Part shown: positions 22,747-22,839 of the stretch, in pieces
Layout of the letters: each line of letters starts with the position of its first letter
Position numbering within the stretch: the first letter of the stretch is position 1
From: Catajapyx aquilonaris
Taxonomy: Eukaryota
Assembly (NCBI GenBank): GCA_000934665.2
Contig: KZ538315.1
Location: 62,001 to 84,839, forward strand
Direction of reading: 5' to 3'
DNA length: 22,839 nucleotides
Made by a program: the position numbers and the translations under genes
The notes under the pieces: generated by a model
Seen by the model: the letters and a program-made list of their open reading frames with translations, nothing else
The model's database searches: none
Told to the model about the DNA's origin: nothing

Positions 22747-22839
22747 CAGGGTGTTTATTGTAACTCTGCAAAGACTTTCAGGGGTAATAGAGGGGACCAA
22801 GACAAGTATTTTTGACATAGGAACCCGTGTCCGGAAACG
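22747..22839. mobile_element. Terminus of a Tc1/mariner-superfamily element running out of the window
   Basis: TA|CAGGGTGT start followed by ACTTTCAGGGGT.ATAGAGGGGACC..ATAGGAACC..TGTCCGGAAACG. Only one end is visible. Confidence 0.55.

Overview
Eukaryotic genomic DNA, arthropod and most likely an insect, with three intron-containing genes. (1) The 3' eight exons of Mcm7 (+, 1-3065; the gene starts before the window). (2) A compact three-exon NKAP orthologue (-, 5264-3998, about 300 aa), convergent with Mcm7. (3) A complete eight-exon orphan nuclear receptor Hr83/NR2E5 (-, 17514-8131, about 419 aa). Its start and DNA-binding exons are missed by the ORF track and were rebuilt by hand with consistent splice phases. 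Introns and intergenic DNA are dense in mobile-element relics: two PIF/Harbinger-type MITEs with TAA target duplications, an internally deleted mariner, two tRNA-derived SINEs with the same head but different tails, a Tigger-like MITE, a 350-bp foldback element, and Tc1/mariner and LINE fragments. The most unusual observation is two related, extremely small palindromic elements (39 and 62 bp), each with a perfect 8-bp target duplication, inserted against the B box and A box of one SINE's Pol III promoter. Other observations are a dense cluster of RGGTCA nuclear-receptor half-sites in the Hr83 hinge exon, a possibly SINE-derived Hr83 exon, and a CCAAT+YY1-like module repeated three times at exactly 19-bp spacing in the NKAP promoter. 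All homology calls come from recalled family motifs; no database search was run.
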